Both the position numbers and the translations under genes were made by a program. Positions 1 to 16,451 of a DNA stretch of 64,000 bases are shown here, piece after piece. Origin of the DNA: the human T2T-CHM13v2.0 reference genome, Homo sapiens. The notes below the pieces were generated by a model. That model ran no database searches, was not told the origin of the DNA, and saw nothing but the letters and a program-made list of their open reading frames with translations. The stretch lies in NCBI RefSeq assembly GCF_009914755.1, contig NC_060925.1; one strand, written 5' to 3'. Within the stretch, counting starts at the first letter, position 1. Every line of letters starts with the position of its first letter.

Positions 1-900
1 ATGTTATTTTTCCTCCTATTTACTGGGCATTCTTAAAATATCCTACCCCATGCTGCCTCATTTTTTTACTCATTTGAGTATTTGCATATATGTATATTTC
101 CATCTTTTTCTAACAGTTGCCCTTGAATTTTAACTTACATCTTGTTTATATTTTTTCTAACAACATCTAGACTTAATCATTACTGTATCTTCCCTCTGAA
201 CAACATGAAAACTTGTGTACTTTCACTACCCCATTGCCTAGCCTTATCATGAACTTGAGGTTCAAAGAGTTAATCCCTCTGTTCATTATTGCTTTTTGCA
301 CACTCCATTCTATTCTCTTAGATTTTTTGCTGTAATTTTTAGAACACTTCCTCTAGGAGTTTCTAATGGTTCGTTACCTACACCTTTCCCTCAACCCCAC
401 CCAGATGACCTAAGTCAAGATGAAAGAAAAGATCCTTCTGCAAGAAATCTCTTTACCTATCAACTCATTTATTTGCCCACTTGATCTTCTGTTTCTCCAG
501 TCTCAGAGAATCCAGCATCCACTGTTCTGCCCAGTATTTATCCATTGACCTGTGCTCTGTCTGGATCCTATCTTCTCTCAACTCTTGAACTTTTTCTTTT
601 TTGGTGTTTGCATTTACTTATGCTATATTAAACCTCTTGGTTCCTTTCTCATAGCCAGTAGGTTCCTCTCTCTACTTCAACTGTTTTTCAATGCCATAGA
701 TTCCTTCTGGCAAATATTCTGTACCTCTTCTTCATGTCTTGGTAAAGCCTATTTAAAAAAAAAAAGGAATAGTCTATTTTTCTTGTTTGCCTTCTGTTCA
801 CTTCTCAATACATTGCATTCTGGGCTCTGCTCCCCATCACTTCACTAAAAATAATTTGACCCTCTTACTGTCCTATAGACTAGTCCAAAAAAAGGACAAT

Positions 901-1300
901 GTACTAGGTATTGCTGTATAACAAACCCCTCTAAAATTTAGTAGCTTAAAACAATTTTTTATTTCTCTGGAATCAACAGGTTGCCTGAGTGATTGTGCTT
1001 TTCTGGCTTGGGCTTTGCTTATCTTATCTGGGTTTGTTCATGTGTCTGCAGGTAGATGACAAGTTGGCTGAAGGCTAGCTTGGCCCCACTGGGGAGGACT
1101 CAGCTCTGCTTCATGTGGTCTCATCATCTATCAGGAGATACCATGCTTTTTACATAGCAGTGATAGTTCCACAAAAAGAAGTGGAGCATGCAAGGCTTCT
1201 TGAGGCTTAGGATTGAAACTGGCACACTGTTAACGTTTTACCAGATTCAGTTAAACAAAGCAAAATGCAAGGCCAGTCCAGTTTCAAAGGATGGAAATTT
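901..1300 (-). mobile_element. MLT1-type MaLR LTR fragment
   Basis: TATTGCTGTATAACAAACCCCTCTAAAATTTAGTAGCTTAAAACA matches the reverse-complemented MLT1 LTR 3' end; boundaries approximate. Confidence 0.6.
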
Positions 1301-1442
1301 GTTTCATGTTCTTTACACAGCTTCTTAAATGTTGATATTCCTAGAAATTTTTCTTCTAACCCTTTCCATTTTGCCTCACCAACCTCATCTCTTTTTACAG
1401 GATGACAAAATTTGCCCTATATATTGGTGACATCCAAATCAG

Positions 1443-1508
1443 CAATTAGCAAACTATGGGAGACCAGCCTGTGGCCTGTTGTTATATGGCCCACTAGCTT
1501 AGAATGGT
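1443..1508. mobile_element. MER58-like hAT fragment
   Basis: GCAAACTATGG...GCCTGTTGTTATATGGCCCACTAGCTTAGAATGGT resembles a MER58B terminus. Confidence 0.4.
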
Positions 1509-1510
1509 AT

Positions 1511-3426
<1,916 letters not shown>

Positions 3427-3440
3427 TCATTGTATAACCA

Positions 3441-4463
3441 CAGTTGACCCTTGAACAACACAGGGGGGTTAGAGTCACCAACCCCTTGTGTAATCAAAAC
3501 TTCACATATAACTTTTGACTCCCCCAGAAGTTAACTACTAATAGCCTACCGTTGACCCAGAAGTCTTACCAATAACATAGTGCATATTTTGTATGTTATA
3601 TATATTATATACTGTATTCTTAAAGTAAGCCAGAGAAAATAAAATGTCATGAGGAAAATCATAAGGAAGAGAAAATACATACACAGTACTGTACTGTGTT
3701 TATTGATGTTGTAAATTTATGTTGTCTGTTTACAAGATGAATAGTCTGTGTCAAATGGTGGCAACTACAGTGGCAAACCTCAATCTACAGTACAAATCAA
3801 ACAGTCCAACTTTTTGTTGTAATATCATGACTTTTCGCTGCTTCTTGGGAACACTTTCAGATTGCTAGTGGCACTTCATATGGGTCCCATGGTGTTTTTG
3901 AAGGTTTACACTACTGTGCCAAACAATGAAAAATATGCAAGAACCATGAGAAATCGCTTTTTACTGCAATATGCAATTTACTGAAGACACGGAGATGATT
4001 AGTGTCACAAGTTGTTTTAAGTGGATGCTCTTAACACTTGAGTTCACTGCATAGCAAAAAGAGGTGTCTGTGAAATTATTACAGTAGTAAAGTATGTACT
4101 GCAATAAATCTTACACATTTATGATTTAATACTGCATCTTTACATTTGTTTACATTTCTCTTGACTATCAATGGCACCATGTATGTCTGTGTATATGTAA
4201 GTTTTAATACATTTTAACTTTTTATAATAGATTTGTATTTCATGATACTAAATGGTAAAATAGACTAGTATCTACACATATGTTATTCATTCGTGACACA
4301 CTCAACTCTTTCTTAATATTTTCTCTATTTCTAGGCCATGTGGCTTGTCTATATGTTTTTCCACATTGTTGCAAATCTTAAAGATAATTTCAATATATTT
4401 ATTTTTAAAAATTCACGTGTAAGTGGATCCACGCAGTTCAAATCTGTGTTCAAGGGTTAAATG
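3441..4463. mobile_element. Tigger2-family non-autonomous DNA transposon (Tigger2b-like, ~1.0 kb)
   Basis: TIRs CAGTTGACCCTTGAACA (3441) and TGTTCAAGGGTTAAATG (ends 4463); internal sequence matches recalled Tigger2 ends. Confidence 0.85.
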
Positions 4464-5479
4464 TTTTATGATTTTTCAAAGGTTTTTCTGTGCAACACAT
4501 TTTAAAAAGGTTTTCTATGTAAAATCATCTTGAATAACAAAGTGGTTATAAACTTACAAGTTCCATGCCATAAATAAATACAGGAATTAAACCAAGATTC
4601 CTTTAGCTTCCATGTGCTTTGGTTTTTATTCATGATAGGACAAACAATGGGAGCAGATTATGAGACAGAGGAATAAGAAGTTAAGCATGTATAGTATTAA
4701 CTAATTGCAGTTATCAAAGAAGTAGTGAACTTGATAAGGTTATAGTAGTACTTCTGCTTCATGGAAGAAGATTGAACTATAACGTCACCACTGTGGCCAT
4801 TCATCTTTCTTGAGACCATAATGAAATGAAAGTAGATAAATATTTATAAATAGGCATAAACTCATAATAATAAAAAGATTTGAAGGCAAGGGGGAGGTAA
4901 TAATGGACAAGATATTTCAACAAATTTGCAGAACATAGAGTGGCTGGGAATGGCTACAGAGGGACTACAGGAAAGGTAACTGATGGAATCCCAGAGAGAT
5001 TTTGGGTTCATAAACAATAGATACCAGTAAACAAATATATTCAAAGTACAGCAAAAACCAGATATTTATTCAAGGTCGTTATGTGGAACATGGGCTCTAC
5101 CTGAAATCCTTATGTTCCACCTCCATCCCTGGTATTTACCACTAGAATAACTATACAGCCCTCTTTTTTAAAAAATCACATGATTTCATTGAGGAAAGTT
5201 AAAGCTTTCAATATGGATGTTAGTTTCCCAAAATAAAGTCTCCCTTCATTGTGAAATTTAACCAGGTCCACAGTCCCTCAATATCCATTCCTGATTCTGA
5301 AACAAAGCCTACCAGTTAGCCCATCCTTCCTCAAAGTATTCTACATAGAAAGCAGCCAGTCAGTATTCCCACTCAGGGGATAGAATTAGTGACAATTAGG
5401 TCTACTCAGTGGAGGAACACCTGCTATTCAGTAGAGGAAACCCACACTAGCTACCCAGAACTTTATTCTTAAGCACGGA

Positions 5480-7330
5480 TAATTAAATAATGGTTGACTA
5501 CTACAGTGGGATAACATACAGAAATGCAAATAAATGATACATAGTTACATATAACAACATGGTTGAATCTTGAGCTATAGAAGCTGGACATGACAATACG
5601 GTTACATTTAATTAATATATTAAATATACCAATAGGCAAAATAAGCTCATAGTACTTGGGAGAGGGTATCAGATGGTAAATGTATTAAAAATTCAAAGAA
5701 GTAGTTACCCCAAAAGTTAAGATATTGGTTACTTTTTTGGTGGGTGGGAATTATGATTTTGTGGGATACATGGAAGGTATTGTTCTGACTGTGGGTTATA
5801 CAAGTATTCTCTATAATAAGGAGAACATTTATGTTTTATATGCTTTTCTGTATACATGTTAAATTTCACAGTAAAAATATAGTCAAAAAAGGGATCCCAC
5901 AGGAGACAGACAATTCTATAAACATTTTTAATTCTCCACTTTAGTCAAATAACTCGGAGAAGTTATATTCATAGAGTAAAAATAGGATGCTATGAAAAGG
6001 AAGCAATTAGAGAATGAAAAAAGAGTTCAGATTAAAAGTATGATTGCTGACATTAAAGCTTCAGTGAAGAGACTAAAGATAAAATTGATTTAATAAAGTT
6101 CCTGGAATATACAGGGAGAATAAAGGACTAAAATTTGAGAGAAAATAATAGAAACTCAGTCCAGGAGGTTCAATTTCCAATTAATGAGCGTTTCAGAGGA
6201 GATAACTGAGAAAGTGGAGTACAGAAAATATCAAAGAAATAGTAGAAAAGATTTTTCCCAGAGCTGAAAGATACTGATCTTTAGTTTGTACCTAGCACAT
6301 TGTACCTAGCACAATGACTGTAAGAACAAACAAATAAAAAAAAGACTATACCTAAATTTAATCAGTGTTTAAGTGAAGATTCTAAACCTTGGAGAAGAGA
6401 GCTGAGTGTGAGGAAGTAAGATTGGGAACATATTAAGCCTATTAAAAATAACATCAGATTTCTTATCAATTATACTGGATGTTAGAAGGTATTGGAATGG
6501 TACTTTCAAGAAGCTCTGGGGGAAAATTATTTCCAACCTTAAATTTGATACCCGTATGAAATAAAATTAAGTGAGAGAGCATAGCAATGACATTTTCGGA
6601 TGAAAGGGTTTGCATCCCACACACTTTTGTGGGAAGTTATTTCAGAATGTGATTCAGTAAAACAGGTGTAGACAAAGACTTAGGACTGAAGAAGCAATAG
6701 GCATAACTCTGGAAAGCAAGAAAAGAGAAGTGGCAAGATGACAGCTGTGGAGTATCCCTAGAAAATGACCAGATTGGGAGGAAGGTCTCTAGCGGAGTAA
6801 GGAGGGAGGGGTGACTCAGTATAAGTAACATGGTTGATAGGCTAGGATACAATAAATGATTAGGGAAAGTGATGGGAGACAATAGGAAACCAGTTAGAAA
6901 ATCTGGAGAAAACTAAAAGCTATACAAGAAAGTCATAGTTAAAACATAAGGACAACTAAAATGTAGCATGATTTTACGCAGTTGATGTCTAAGAAAAGAC
7001 TGGGCAGCTGATAAAATGGTAGCGTCACTGAATGAGTCAAGACATTTTAACATAACCGCAAAATAGAGGTTGTAATATTGATGGGAATATTTTGTCATAG
7101 TTGTTTTGATATATACATATTTCAAAATAGTTAAAATGTAAAATCACTGCTCTCTTGTTTATTACCAAAAAATGTGCTGAAAAGGTACCACTAACCTTTA
7201 CCCCATCCCAAATGCCCATTAAGTATAAGGGACTCTCCCTATCTACTCTATTCATTTCTGTATTGTTTTAATATTTTACAAGTTATGTGTTAACTTTTAT
7301 GATTTTTTTGTGATTATAAAATGTGTCAAT
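5480..7330 (+). mobile_element. Highly diverged ancient L1M/HAL1-like fragments
   Basis: A-rich strand bias and degenerate L1 ORF1 and 3'-end-like motifs; boundaries approximate. Confidence 0.4.
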
Positions 7331-7647
7331 TTGTTAGAATTAATTTAGCTTCTAACTATAATCTATTGTATAAATCCATCATACATTACCATCCTTATAA
7401 AATTATTAATGTAAGTATGATGAGTATGGAAAGCTATTCAAAATTTAATTGTGAATTTCTTGTTCTATCTGAAATGTAGAATAAGACATCTTATTATTGC
7501 CCTGTCTTCTACTCCTCCAAGTGACTTCTGTAATACCCAGCCACTTAATGTTTGACATTCAGGAAGCTTTCATAAAGCAGAGGTGTCCTTTTAGATATTT
7601 AGATGGAAAATAAAGAATATCATTAATCTTAGTTGAAAGCAAATGGC

Positions 7648-7929
7648 TTTTTTTTTTTTTCTTGAGACAGAGTCTCACGTTATTGCCCAGGCTGGAGTGC
7701 AGTGTTGCAACTTCTGCCTCCTGGGTTCAAGGTATTCTCATGCCTCAGCCTCCCAAGTAGCTGGGATTACAGGGGTGCACCACCATGCCTGGCTAATTTT
7801 TGTATTTTTAGTAGAGATGGAGTTTCACCATGTTGGCCAGGCTGGTATGGAACTCCTGACCTCAAGTGATCTGATCACCTCGGCCTCCCAAAGTGCTGGG
7901 ATTGCAGGCGTGAGCCACCATACCCGGCT
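7648..7929 (-). mobile_element. AluS (Sz/Sx-like), antisense to MAN1A2
   Basis: Poly-T then GAGACAGAGTCTC...TACCCGGC; TSD GCAAATGGC at 7639-7647 and 7930-7938; small deletion in right arm. Confidence 0.95.
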
Positions 7930-8399
7930 GCAAATGGCCATTTTATATAGTGTTCAAAACCTGGCAAAACAAATTTATGGTGATAATAGAAATTAGAAAA
8001 AAATGGTGTCATTAGGTATTGACTGTGAAGGCCACATGAGGAAAACTTTTATGATGCCAGAAATGTACTATAGTTTTATCTTGGTTGTGGCTTTGTTGGT
8101 ATATACATGTGTAAACATCAAAATTATACACTTAGCATTAAATTAAAAAAAGTGAGAAGTAATAGCATTTGAGATGAGGTAAAAGTGAATTATGGGAATA
8201 TTAGCAGACATACTGCTTAAGGTGAATGATAGCTCTTTTCCCCCATTTATTACTTTCTATAACGAAAGATGATTTTTAATTATATAAGTTACATGTATTT
8301 AGATAATTGTAAGTGTCTAAAGTTAAAATTGAAGGGCTCCTTCCTTAGAGCATCGCTTAGCCCAGGAGTTTGAGATCAAATCTTTTCTATGTATACACC

Positions 8400-9340
8400 A
8401 ACATTCTTTAAAAACACATTTTGAGAAGTATCAAACTATATAGATAATTCTGAAATTTGCTCCTTCTGCCCACTCAACAGCATATAATAGATATCTTGCA
8501 GTGTTGGATTATAGATTCACCCTGATTCTCTTTAATGATTGTGCAGTCCTCCATAGTACGTTTATATCGTAACTTAGCCTCCTCCCTAAACATTTCAGGT
8601 TATCTTTAGTTTTTTATTAATGAAAATAATTCTGATTAAGTTCTTTTACATTTATATTTGTATATTTCTGCAAATATTGTTATAGGATAATTCCAGAAGT
8701 ACAATTCCTAGGTTAAATTTTGTTAGCTTCTGCAAAATTGTCCTTCAGTTTCAACAACTGGGAACCATAATCTTGCCAACATTGGATATTATCAGTCTTT
8801 TAAAATGTTCACTGATCTAATGGACAAAAATGGAATCTCACTGTTTTAATTTGCCTTTTTCTGATCACTAGTGAAATTGGGCATCCTTTCTTATGTTAAT
8901 TATAAATTGATGTTTCTTTTTTTGTTGTGTGTACCCTATTTTAATTTTCCTTATTTGTCAGGAGTCGTTGTTTATGAGAGTAATCCTTTTCTTGTTACGT
9001 ATGTTGCACATTTCTTCTCCAATTTCTAGTCTTTTAGATTTATTTGTCTTTTAGCTTTAACGTACGAAGCTATCCATTTTTCCTTTATGACTCCTTCATT
9101 TTGTATTTCGCTTAAGATCATTTACTTGGGAAGACCAGATATGTTCTTATATTTTGTTCTGGAAACTTATTCTTTTGCATTTCACTTTTAAATGATTAAT
9201 CATCCACAAGTGTGTTTTGTGAGCTAAATATATGAATATTAATATGCTTTTTCTTTCCCATAATGGATAGCCAGTTTTTGCCATAAATCACTGAATAATC
9301 TGTCTTTTCCTCACCAATTTAAAAACCAGGGATATTACTG
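8400..9340 (-). mobile_element. Ancient L1M (ME/MC-like) fragment
   Basis: T-rich degenerate L1 ORF2/3' motifs, e.g. AATGGAATCTCACTGTTTTAATTTGCCTTTTTCTGATCACTAGTGAAATTG. Confidence 0.55.
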
Positions 9341-9555
9341 TATGAGTGAATGAGGGTTATAAGAAATGTACTTTTTTTTTTTTTAATGCAGAGAGGAGGA
9401 TGTCAGTTTTGAAGCAGAGTTCAAGGATATAGGGCAGGGTTTGTAGGAAATCCAGGATAAAGGAGTGTGGTTGCCTTGGGAGCTGTAGTGTCAAATTGGA
9501 TAGGTTTAAAAGTATAGGTGGGATGAAGTAAGAATATATCTAGGACAAACAAATA

Positions 9556-12001
9556 TAGGCATACCCATATGTTTATATGCTTAGCTATATGCTTTGCTTT
9601 ACTGTACTTCACAGATATTGCAGGGTTTGGTGTGTGTGTGTGTGTTTGCAAATTGCAGATTTGTGATTACCCTGTGCTGAGCAAATCCGTCAGCATCATT
9701 TTTTTGACAGCATGTGTTCGCTTTGTGTCTCTGGGTCACATTTTGGTAATTCTTGCAATATTTCAAATTTTTTCCTTAGTATTATGTATGTTATAGTGAT
9801 CCGTAATCAGTGATCTTTGATATTATTATTGTGTTTGTTTTGGGCAGCATGAACAGCACCCATAGAAAATGACAAACTTAATAAATTATGTTGTGTGTGT
9901 TCTGACTGCTCTACCAACTAGCCATTTCCCTGTCTCTCTCCTTTGGTCTCCCTATTCTTTGAAAGACAACAATATTAATATAAGGCCAGTTAATAACCCT
10001 ATAATGTACACCTAGTATGCATCAATATTAATCTTTCAATGGCCTCTAAATATTCCAAGTAAAAGAGTCATATGTCTCTCACTTTACATCAAAAGCTAGA
10101 TGTAATTAAGCTTAGTGAGGAAGGCATGTCAAAAGCCAAGAGAGGCCAAAGGCTAAGCCTCTTGCACCAGTTAGGCAGATTGTGAAAGGAAAGGAAAAGT
10201 TCTTGAAGGAAATTAAAAATGCTATGCCAGTGAACACATGAATAATGAGAAAACAAAATAGCCATATTGCAGGCATGGGAAAAGTCTGAATGGTCTGGGT
10301 ACCATTCAGACCAAACCAGCTACAACATTCCCTGAAGCCAAAGCATCATCCAGAGCAAGGCTCTAGCTCTCTTCAATTCTGTGAATGCTAAGAGAGGTGA
10401 GGAAGCTGTAGGAGAAGAGTTTGAGGCTTACAGAGGTTGGTTTATGAGGTTTAAAGAAGGAAGCTGCCTCCAAAACATAAAGGTGACAGGTGAAGCAGCA
10501 AATGCTGATGGAAAAACTGCAGCAAGTGATCCAGAAGATTTTTTTTTTCCAGAAGATCTAACTAAGTTAATTGATGAAGGCAGCTACACTAAACAACAGA
10601 TTTTCAATGTAGATGGAACAGGTTTCTACTGGAAGAAGATGCCATCTCATAGATGAAGAGAAGTCAATGCTTGGCTTTCAAGGACGGGCTGACTCTTGTT
10701 GGGGGCTAATGCAGCTGTTGATTTTAATTTGAAGTCAGTGCTCATTTACCATTCTGAAAATCCTAGGGCCTCTAAGAATTTTGTTACATCTACTCCCTGT
10801 GTGGTCTGTAAATGGAACAACAAAGTTCAGTTGAGAGCACATCTGTTGATGGCAGACTTTACTGAATATTTTAAGCACACTGTTGAGAACTGCTAAGCAA
10901 AAAAGATCTCTTTCAAAATATTACTGCTCATTGACAATGCACCTGATCACCCATTTTCTGCAGTGAAGATGCCCAAGGAGATTAATGTTGGTTTCATGCC
11001 TGCTAACAACATCCATTCTGTAGCCCATGGGTCAAAGAGTGATTCAGACTCTCAAGTCTTATTTAAGGATTGCATTTTGTAAGGCTATAGCTGCCATATA
11101 TAGTGATTCCTCTGTCAGATCTCAGCAAAGTAAATGGAAAACCTTCGGGAAAGGAGTCACTATTCTAGATACCATTAAGAACATTTGTGATTCATGGGAG
11201 GAGGTCAAAGTATGAACATTAACAGGAGTTTGGAAGAATTTGATTCCAGTCCTCATGGGTGATTTTGAGGGGTTCAAACTCAAGTGGAGGAAGTAACTGT
11301 AGATGTGGTGGAAATAGCAAGAGAACCAGAATTAGAAGTGGGGCCTGAAGATAGGACTGAGTTACTGCAGTCTTATGATAAGACTTGAATGGATGAGGAG
11401 TTGCTTCTTAACAGATGAGCAAAGAAGATGGTTTCTTGAGATGGAATCTACTCCTGGTGAAGAAGCTGTGAACATTGTCGAAATGACAATAAGGATTTAG
11501 AATACTACGTAAATTTAGTTGATGCAGCAGTGTCAGGATATGAGAGTGGCCTCCAAGTTTGAAAGAATTTTTACTGTGGACAAAATGCTATCAAACAGCA
11601 CCACAAGCTACAGAGAGATCTTTCGTCCTGCAGAGAAATCAAACAGGAAGAATCAATCAATACAGCAGACTTTATTGTTGTCTCATTTTAAGAAATTGCC
11701 CCAGCCACCCCAGCCTTCAGCAGCCACCACCCTGATCAGTCAGCAACCATTATCATCAAGGCAAGACCCTCCACCATCAAAAAAGAGTATGACTTGCTGA
11801 AAGCCTCAGATCATTTGCATTTTTAGCAATAAAGTATTTTTAAAATTAAGATTTGAACATTGTTTATTTAAATATAGTGCTGTCAACACAACTTTTATAA
11901 CTACTGGGAAACCAAAAAGTTTGTGTGACTCACTTTGTTGCAATATTTGCTACATTGCAGTAGTCTGGAAACAAACTTGCAGTATCTCTGAGGTATGCCT
12001 G
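9556..12001 (+). mobile_element. Near full-length Tigger1 (TcMar-Tigger/pogo) with decayed transposase
   Basis: TIRs (T)AGGCATACC and GGTATGCCTG, left TA target site, ~2.45 kb length; transposase remnants from ATG ~10039 ([33 protein letters not shown]) with frameshifts and stops. Confidence 0.93.
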
Positions 12002-12511
12002 TGTGTACTAAAATTTGTATGAATAGTAATCAAGGGGAGCAAGTCAACAGCTACTTATGTTATACAAGGTGATATTATAAAGGAATTCTTGGGCTTTTTT
12101 TCTTTTTGTAGATGTATTTTAATTTATTATCTTTGGCTTAGGAATTACCATTAACCATTGTATAGGAACATGTCTAAGAGTGAGCTCTTTTTGCTTAACA
12201 TCAGCTTTAAGTTGAGCTTTCATATTTAGACATAACTTATTTATTTAAAGCTATTAATATATAAAAGGTAATTATCAATTCTGGAAAAGTTTGGCTCTAT
12301 GACAGTGAACAAACTGTAATTCAAGAAAAAGACTACTAAGTATGTGAAGCACCACATCCAGAGAAAAAAGATTTTCTAGCAAATTGGATACACATATAGA
12401 GGAAAGTGATTATGTGTGATTACTTCTGGGACTAAATTTGAAGTATGTTGGAAATAGGGTTGTCAATGTAATTTTAAAATTATTGACCTCTAACATAGTC
12501 ATTATAATTGA

Positions 12512-12733
<222 letters not shown>

Positions 12734-12857
12734 TGAATGTACAGTGTATTTTGTAGTGACTAGATGAATATCTTATAACCATTTTATTATAGACATTCAG
12801 TAAATACATACAAACATTTTATTATATGCATTCACTGTAGAGTTTGTTACTATTTTA

Positions 12858-13241
<384 letters not shown>

Positions 13242-13400
13242 TTATTTTAGTGTATTCATGAAAATTGATTTTATTTACTTTTAGTTAATGTTTACAGAGA
13301 CTGGAAAAACTTCTGACTTTATATACATTTTCATAAACATTTTTCTTTCAAATGAACCCTTGAATCTACACATTGAGAGCCTTATGGGTAAATACTTAAA

Positions 13401-13615
13401 TAATGACAACACACTTATATAGTATTTTCTACATGCCAGGCACTGTTCTAACCCTTCTTACATATATGAGATCATTTAATCATTATCACCATTTTACACA
13501 TGAGGACCTTAAGGAACAATGAAGTTAAAGTAACTTGCTGAAGGTTGCATTGCTGGTAATTGATGGGGCGTGGAACTGAACAGTCTGGCTGCCGAGCCAG
13601 TGTTTTTAACCACTG
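13401..13615 (-). mobile_element. MIR
   Basis: ATGCCAGGCACTGTTCTA...CCATTTTACACATGAGGACCTTAAGG...GTTAAAGTAACTTGCTGAAGG core. Confidence 0.7.
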
Positions 13616-14254
13616 TATTATATTGTTTCATATTTAAATGACTTCATACCATGATATTGTGACAGTTTATAATTGGAACAAGATTCATTCTAGGAAGAAT
13701 TTATATGGAGTATTTCTAAGAAAAAACTGTGAAATAGAAAAGTAAGTCAGAAGTGTGTTAAGTGTGTTTAGCAGGTTATTAGCTTCCTGCTCTATTATAA
13801 ACTGATACCCACTTAACAATTTTAGTTATTTTTTAAAAGTTGTATATTTTGTATATAACAACTCTGCTGATGTAGTCAGTAATTAGTTGTCAGAGTTATA
13901 ATTTCTGTTTGGTTTGTTTTTTTCATTAAACCAAGAATCTTATCCATTTTATATCCCTACTGTTCAGGCACATAATTTGTTACAATTGTTTTTAAAAAAT
14001 GCACAGGAGTTGAACTTAATATGTGGCTCACAGTGTTTTGCCCATTATAGGTACTCAACAAGTGTTTATTGAGATATTGTGTTAAATAATAAATTGAACT
14101 AAAGGTACAACCAAGAATATAAATTTTAGTAGGAGAACTTTATTCTCTTTTATTAAAATTTAAACGTAGAAAGTTGTATGATCCAAGATGGGTTATTATC
14201 TGGGAAGAATTTAATATTCTTAGAACCATATTGTTGAAAATAGCTCTTAGTAAT

Positions 14255-14375
14255 TCCCACTAGACTGTGGCCTCCTTTGAGGGCAGAGACTAATTTATTT
14301 ATCATTATCTCAGCACCTAGCACAATACTTGAAACATAATAAGTATTCCGTAGTATTTGATAAATGCATGAATAT
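14255..14375 (+). mobile_element. L2 3' end fragment
   Basis: CCCACTAGACTGTGG...GAGGGCAGAGAC...CAGCACCTAGCACAATACTT...TAAATGCATGAAT. Confidence 0.6.
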
Positions 14376-16199
14376 ATTTAATATTATATTTGAGAACATG
14401 TGATATATCATATACCATGTAATAAATTAATTTTGTCTGTTTTCTTGTAATTTTCTTTAAAACTATTTTGACTTTTGCTTAATTTTTTCCAAAGGAAAAA
14501 AATTGTATTTGTCATTGTTTTTTTTAATTATACATGCTTTGAAAGGCATGATAACTGCTTTGAAAGTTAACCTTATAAATTCACACTATTTTTCATGAAT
14601 CATCTGCTATATGTTATGTATCTTGTAAATATTTCTGTACTTGCTTTCTTTTCCCTGTTTTTATTAGTTTTATTAGTTTATTAAATCAAGAATAGGTACC
14701 TAATAAATGTTTTTTAATAACAGTTGATCAGCTTTCACTTTGAGACATGATCTCAAGTATGCAGTCTTTGCAGTGTTAATTATTTTCAAAAACTATTCTA
14801 TTAGCGTATTATAAAATAAATGACATATGGAATGTATGAAAGAGATAGGAATGACCACTTAAGACTCATTGTAATTTGAAATACATTATTTTTAAACTTT
14901 GTCTTTCTGAGCTATTTTACTTAAATTATTCCATACCCCTCCTACCTTCCCCTATCCTTACAGATACCCATATTCTTTGTTTCTACTTTCTTTTAAAATT
15001 ATTGGTAAAAAGCCCTAACTGACTGCCTTTTACTTTAGTTCTAGTAAGTCCAGGTGGATATGCTTGGATATCTTTTAATTGTAATATGGTAAGATTTAGG
15101 TTACAATGAACAGAAATGACAAACATATGGATACCATCTTTAGGCATTTTTGGAATACCTTATATGTGGAAAACATGGTACTATCATGAGGTTCAAAAAG
15201 ATGAAAAATACCACCCCATACTCAAAAAACTAATCTTTTTGTGCTTCAGAGTGCTATGGTTAAAACAATGACAAAAACTTATAATCCAAAGATAATTATC
15301 ATTTTGGTTATCAGCCACCTCTCATTCCCCAACATCAAATACAATTATCTAAGAGCACCATTCATTTATAAAATTACTTAATAATTAAACATGTATTGAG
15401 TGCACACTACATTATATGCCTTCTGGAATACAGGTGATGAGTAAGACATAGTCACTCCAGTTCTGTTAAACTCACATTATTATTATGGAGAATACAGAGT
15501 AAAATTTTCCAAGGCTGATTGTTACTAAACTTGTCAGAGAACAACTGACAGTAAAAATACTCTTTTTTTTCAGAAAGAAAAGTTAACCACTAATCATGTA
15601 TAATAGTTTCTACTAAAGAAAACTGAGTTAATGGCCATTGCTTATACTTTTCCATAGAAATACCTCTAAAGGTAGAAAATAGCTCATCTCAGCAAAGTCT
15701 AAGAACATATTCCAAAGGAGCAAAGCTCTTGAAAATCTCATTTTAAAACTGAAATGTGATTGTTATACTCTGATATACTCAAGTTTAATATAGACTATTT
15801 CTCTCACCATTCCTACATCTTTTGAGAAAAATGTATGTTCCAGTAGGGTAGACAGTGTTTATAATATGGCTTCTCTTATCCATGACAAAGCATCCAAAAC
15901 AAATGCCTAAATTTGAGAAGTAAGGGACTAAAGATAATATTATGTAGAAGGTAATCTTTAGGCCAAGTCTCTCCTCTTCCACTCTGTCTTATTATGGTAG
16001 TGATTCAGATATTGGTTCCAGATTATATGCAATTTGATCACCCACTCCGACACTTGCTGTTAATTAAGTCTCAGTTTGGGAAAGTTACTACTTTATAGAC
16101 TATCATATTACCCAGGTTTTATAATGGCCAGAAGGATATAGTAAGTTTGAACACTAATAGTTTGCATCTAAAATTTTGAATATCTTTTCTTTCCTGTAG

Positions 16200-16451
<252 letters not shown>

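Noticed and set aside
10381-11800. Transposase-like ORFs as a domesticated TIGD-type gene
   Set aside because: Fragmented across frames with stops; neutral decay of Tigger1
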